DNA of 38,563 nt from Candidatus Omnitrophica bacterium CG11_big_fil_rev_8_21_14_0_20_63_9 (GTDB lineage Bacteria > Omnitrophota > Gorgyraeia > Aquiviventales > Aquiviventaceae), in contig PCVX01000052.1 in assembly GCA_002796105.1 (NCBI GenBank), positions 1 to 38,563 on the forward strand, written 5' to 3'. Numbering within the stretch: the stretch's first letter is position 1; every line of letters begins with the position of its first letter. The translations under genes and the position numbers were made by a program. Below the pieces are notes generated by a model. The model saw only the letters and a list, made by a program, of their open reading frames with translations. It was not told the origin of the DNA and searched no databases. Shown in pieces: positions 37,989 to 38,563 of the stretch.

Positions 37989-38563
37989 TGAGCCGTTTGT
38001 CCCGCCGCCCCCAGGCGGCCGTGGCGCTGGGCGCGCTACTCGTCCTCCTGGGCGCCTCCAGCGGCGCGGCGCAACCGACGCTCCCCTTCGCGCAGCGCCT
38101 CAAAACCCCGGTCACCGCAAACTTCCAGGACGTGGATTTTGCAGCCGCCATGGAATTTCTTTCCCAGCAAGCGGGCATCAACATCATCCTGTCCGAACAG
38201 GCTCGCCAGCTTGGCCGGGCGGTGAGCGTGCATCTGGTGGAGATGCCGATGCATCGGGCGCTGGAGTACTTGCTTGGCGGGCAGGGGCTGCAGTTCCGTT
38301 TTGATGAGGAGGCCATCTGGGTCGCCACGCGCGACGAAATGGAAGCGGAACCAATGGAAACCCGCGTCTTTCCGCTCAGCAGCGGTCCGGGGTTGTTCGC
38401 AGCGTTCGAGCCGCTGCCGGCTACGCGCGAAAGCGTGGCGCTGCAAGGCGTGAACATCAAGGAGATGCGCACGATCAAGGACCTTCTCGCGGAAGTCATC
38501 CCCGAGGTCGGCGAAAGCTCGATCCTGCTCGATGAGCGCAGCGGATCCCTCGTCGTCACGCAC
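37988..38563 (+). CDS. Second secretin-family protein (N-terminal part; 3' end beyond the window)
   Basis: It is not in the ORF track because there is no stop in the window. My manual translation from ATG 37988 (TGATG overlap) gives MSRLSRRPQAAVALGALLVLLGASSGAA/QP, then VTANFQDVDFAAAMEFLSQQAGINIIL...EEAIWVAT...EPMETRVFPL...LLDERSGSLVVT. This is collinear with the N0/N1 region of the upstream secretin (EPMETRVFFL...VIDERSGALVVT). Confidence 0.75.
   Translation, partial: MSRLSRRPQAAVALGALLVLLGASSGAAQPTLPFAQRLKTPVTANFQDVDFAAAMEFLSQQAGINIILSEQARQLGRAVSVHLVEMPMHRALEYLLGGQGLQFRFDEEAIWVATRDEMEAEPMETRVFPLSSGPGLFAAFEPLPATRESVALQGVNIKEMRTIKDLLAEVIPEVGESSILLDERSGSLVVTH

Noticed and set aside
1-38563. 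Mobile genetic element, prophage or defence-island content.
   Set aside because: I could not recognise any transposase, integrase, recombinase, phage structural, restriction-modification, toxin-antitoxin or nuclease/helicase-type defence signature in any frame. No flanking tRNA or long direct repeats are present. Gene content is envelope machinery and sugar metabolism.
1-38563. tRNA, rRNA or other classical RNA genes in the intergenic gaps (5695-5853, 6460-6546, 11838-12109, 19624-19739, 22081-22179, 24354-24475).
   Set aside because: No cloverleaf-compatible arrangement (acceptor stem with a T-loop GTTCRANNC) and no rRNA-like conserved blocks were seen. Only 11838-11980 is structured enough to flag, and it is reported as a finding rather than as an RNA gene.

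Overview
This is a GC-rich, gene-dense chromosomal segment, almost entirely on the + strand, from a diderm bacterium. The pseudopilin, secretin, TPR and CBM content is reminiscent of PVC-type or candidate-phylum genomes, but the taxon cannot be determined from the sequence alone.

Contents in order:
1. A 5'-open large membrane protein with a duplicated C-terminal-type motif (3-2285).
2. Two stand-alone PilZ genes, a ROK/ASKHA sugar kinase, and a convergent PMI-like cupin gene.
3. A five-gene envelope locus (5854-11544). It encodes three paralogous secreted beta-strand-rich subunits, a two-domain chaperone-like protein, and an atypical 1017-aa outer-membrane protein (TPR, beta-barrel, SdrD-B-like domains). 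I consider this the best candidate for an undescribed surface-fibre or cell-surface complex assembly system.
4. A small secreted protein on the minus strand, followed by a highly structured intergenic region.
5. A glycan-utilisation locus (12110-23409). It encodes a Gfo/Idh/MocA oxidoreductase, a TIM-barrel isomerase, two ABC permeases, a DUF5060/GH5-like hydrolase, a CBM9-like protein, two tandem CBM-like paralogs, a lipoprotein solute-binding protein, an OM beta-barrel and a ROK-type regulator.
6. A roughly 14-kb translationally coupled T2SS/type IV pilus-like operon (24476 to the window end). It encodes an N-terminally short GspF, I-, J- and giant K-like minor pseudopilins, an Ig-repeat protein, a PilM-PilN fusion, PilO-like and PilP-like proteins, a coiled-coil/TPR protein and two tandem secretins. 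No ATPase, major pilin or prepilin peptidase lies in the window.

Superimposed on this is a family of heptamer-based hairpin repeats. Three roughly 90-nt CACAGAG/CTCTGTG elements have 9-bp inverted termini. Related variants are built on GAGACAG, CCGTTCA, CCCTCGC and G-runs. They sit exactly at gene junctions, and several appear to be translated as signal-peptide segments of envelope proteins.

I saw no rRNA, tRNA, CRISPR array, transposase or integrase gene. Most long minus-strand ORFs in the track are GC-driven antisense artefacts.
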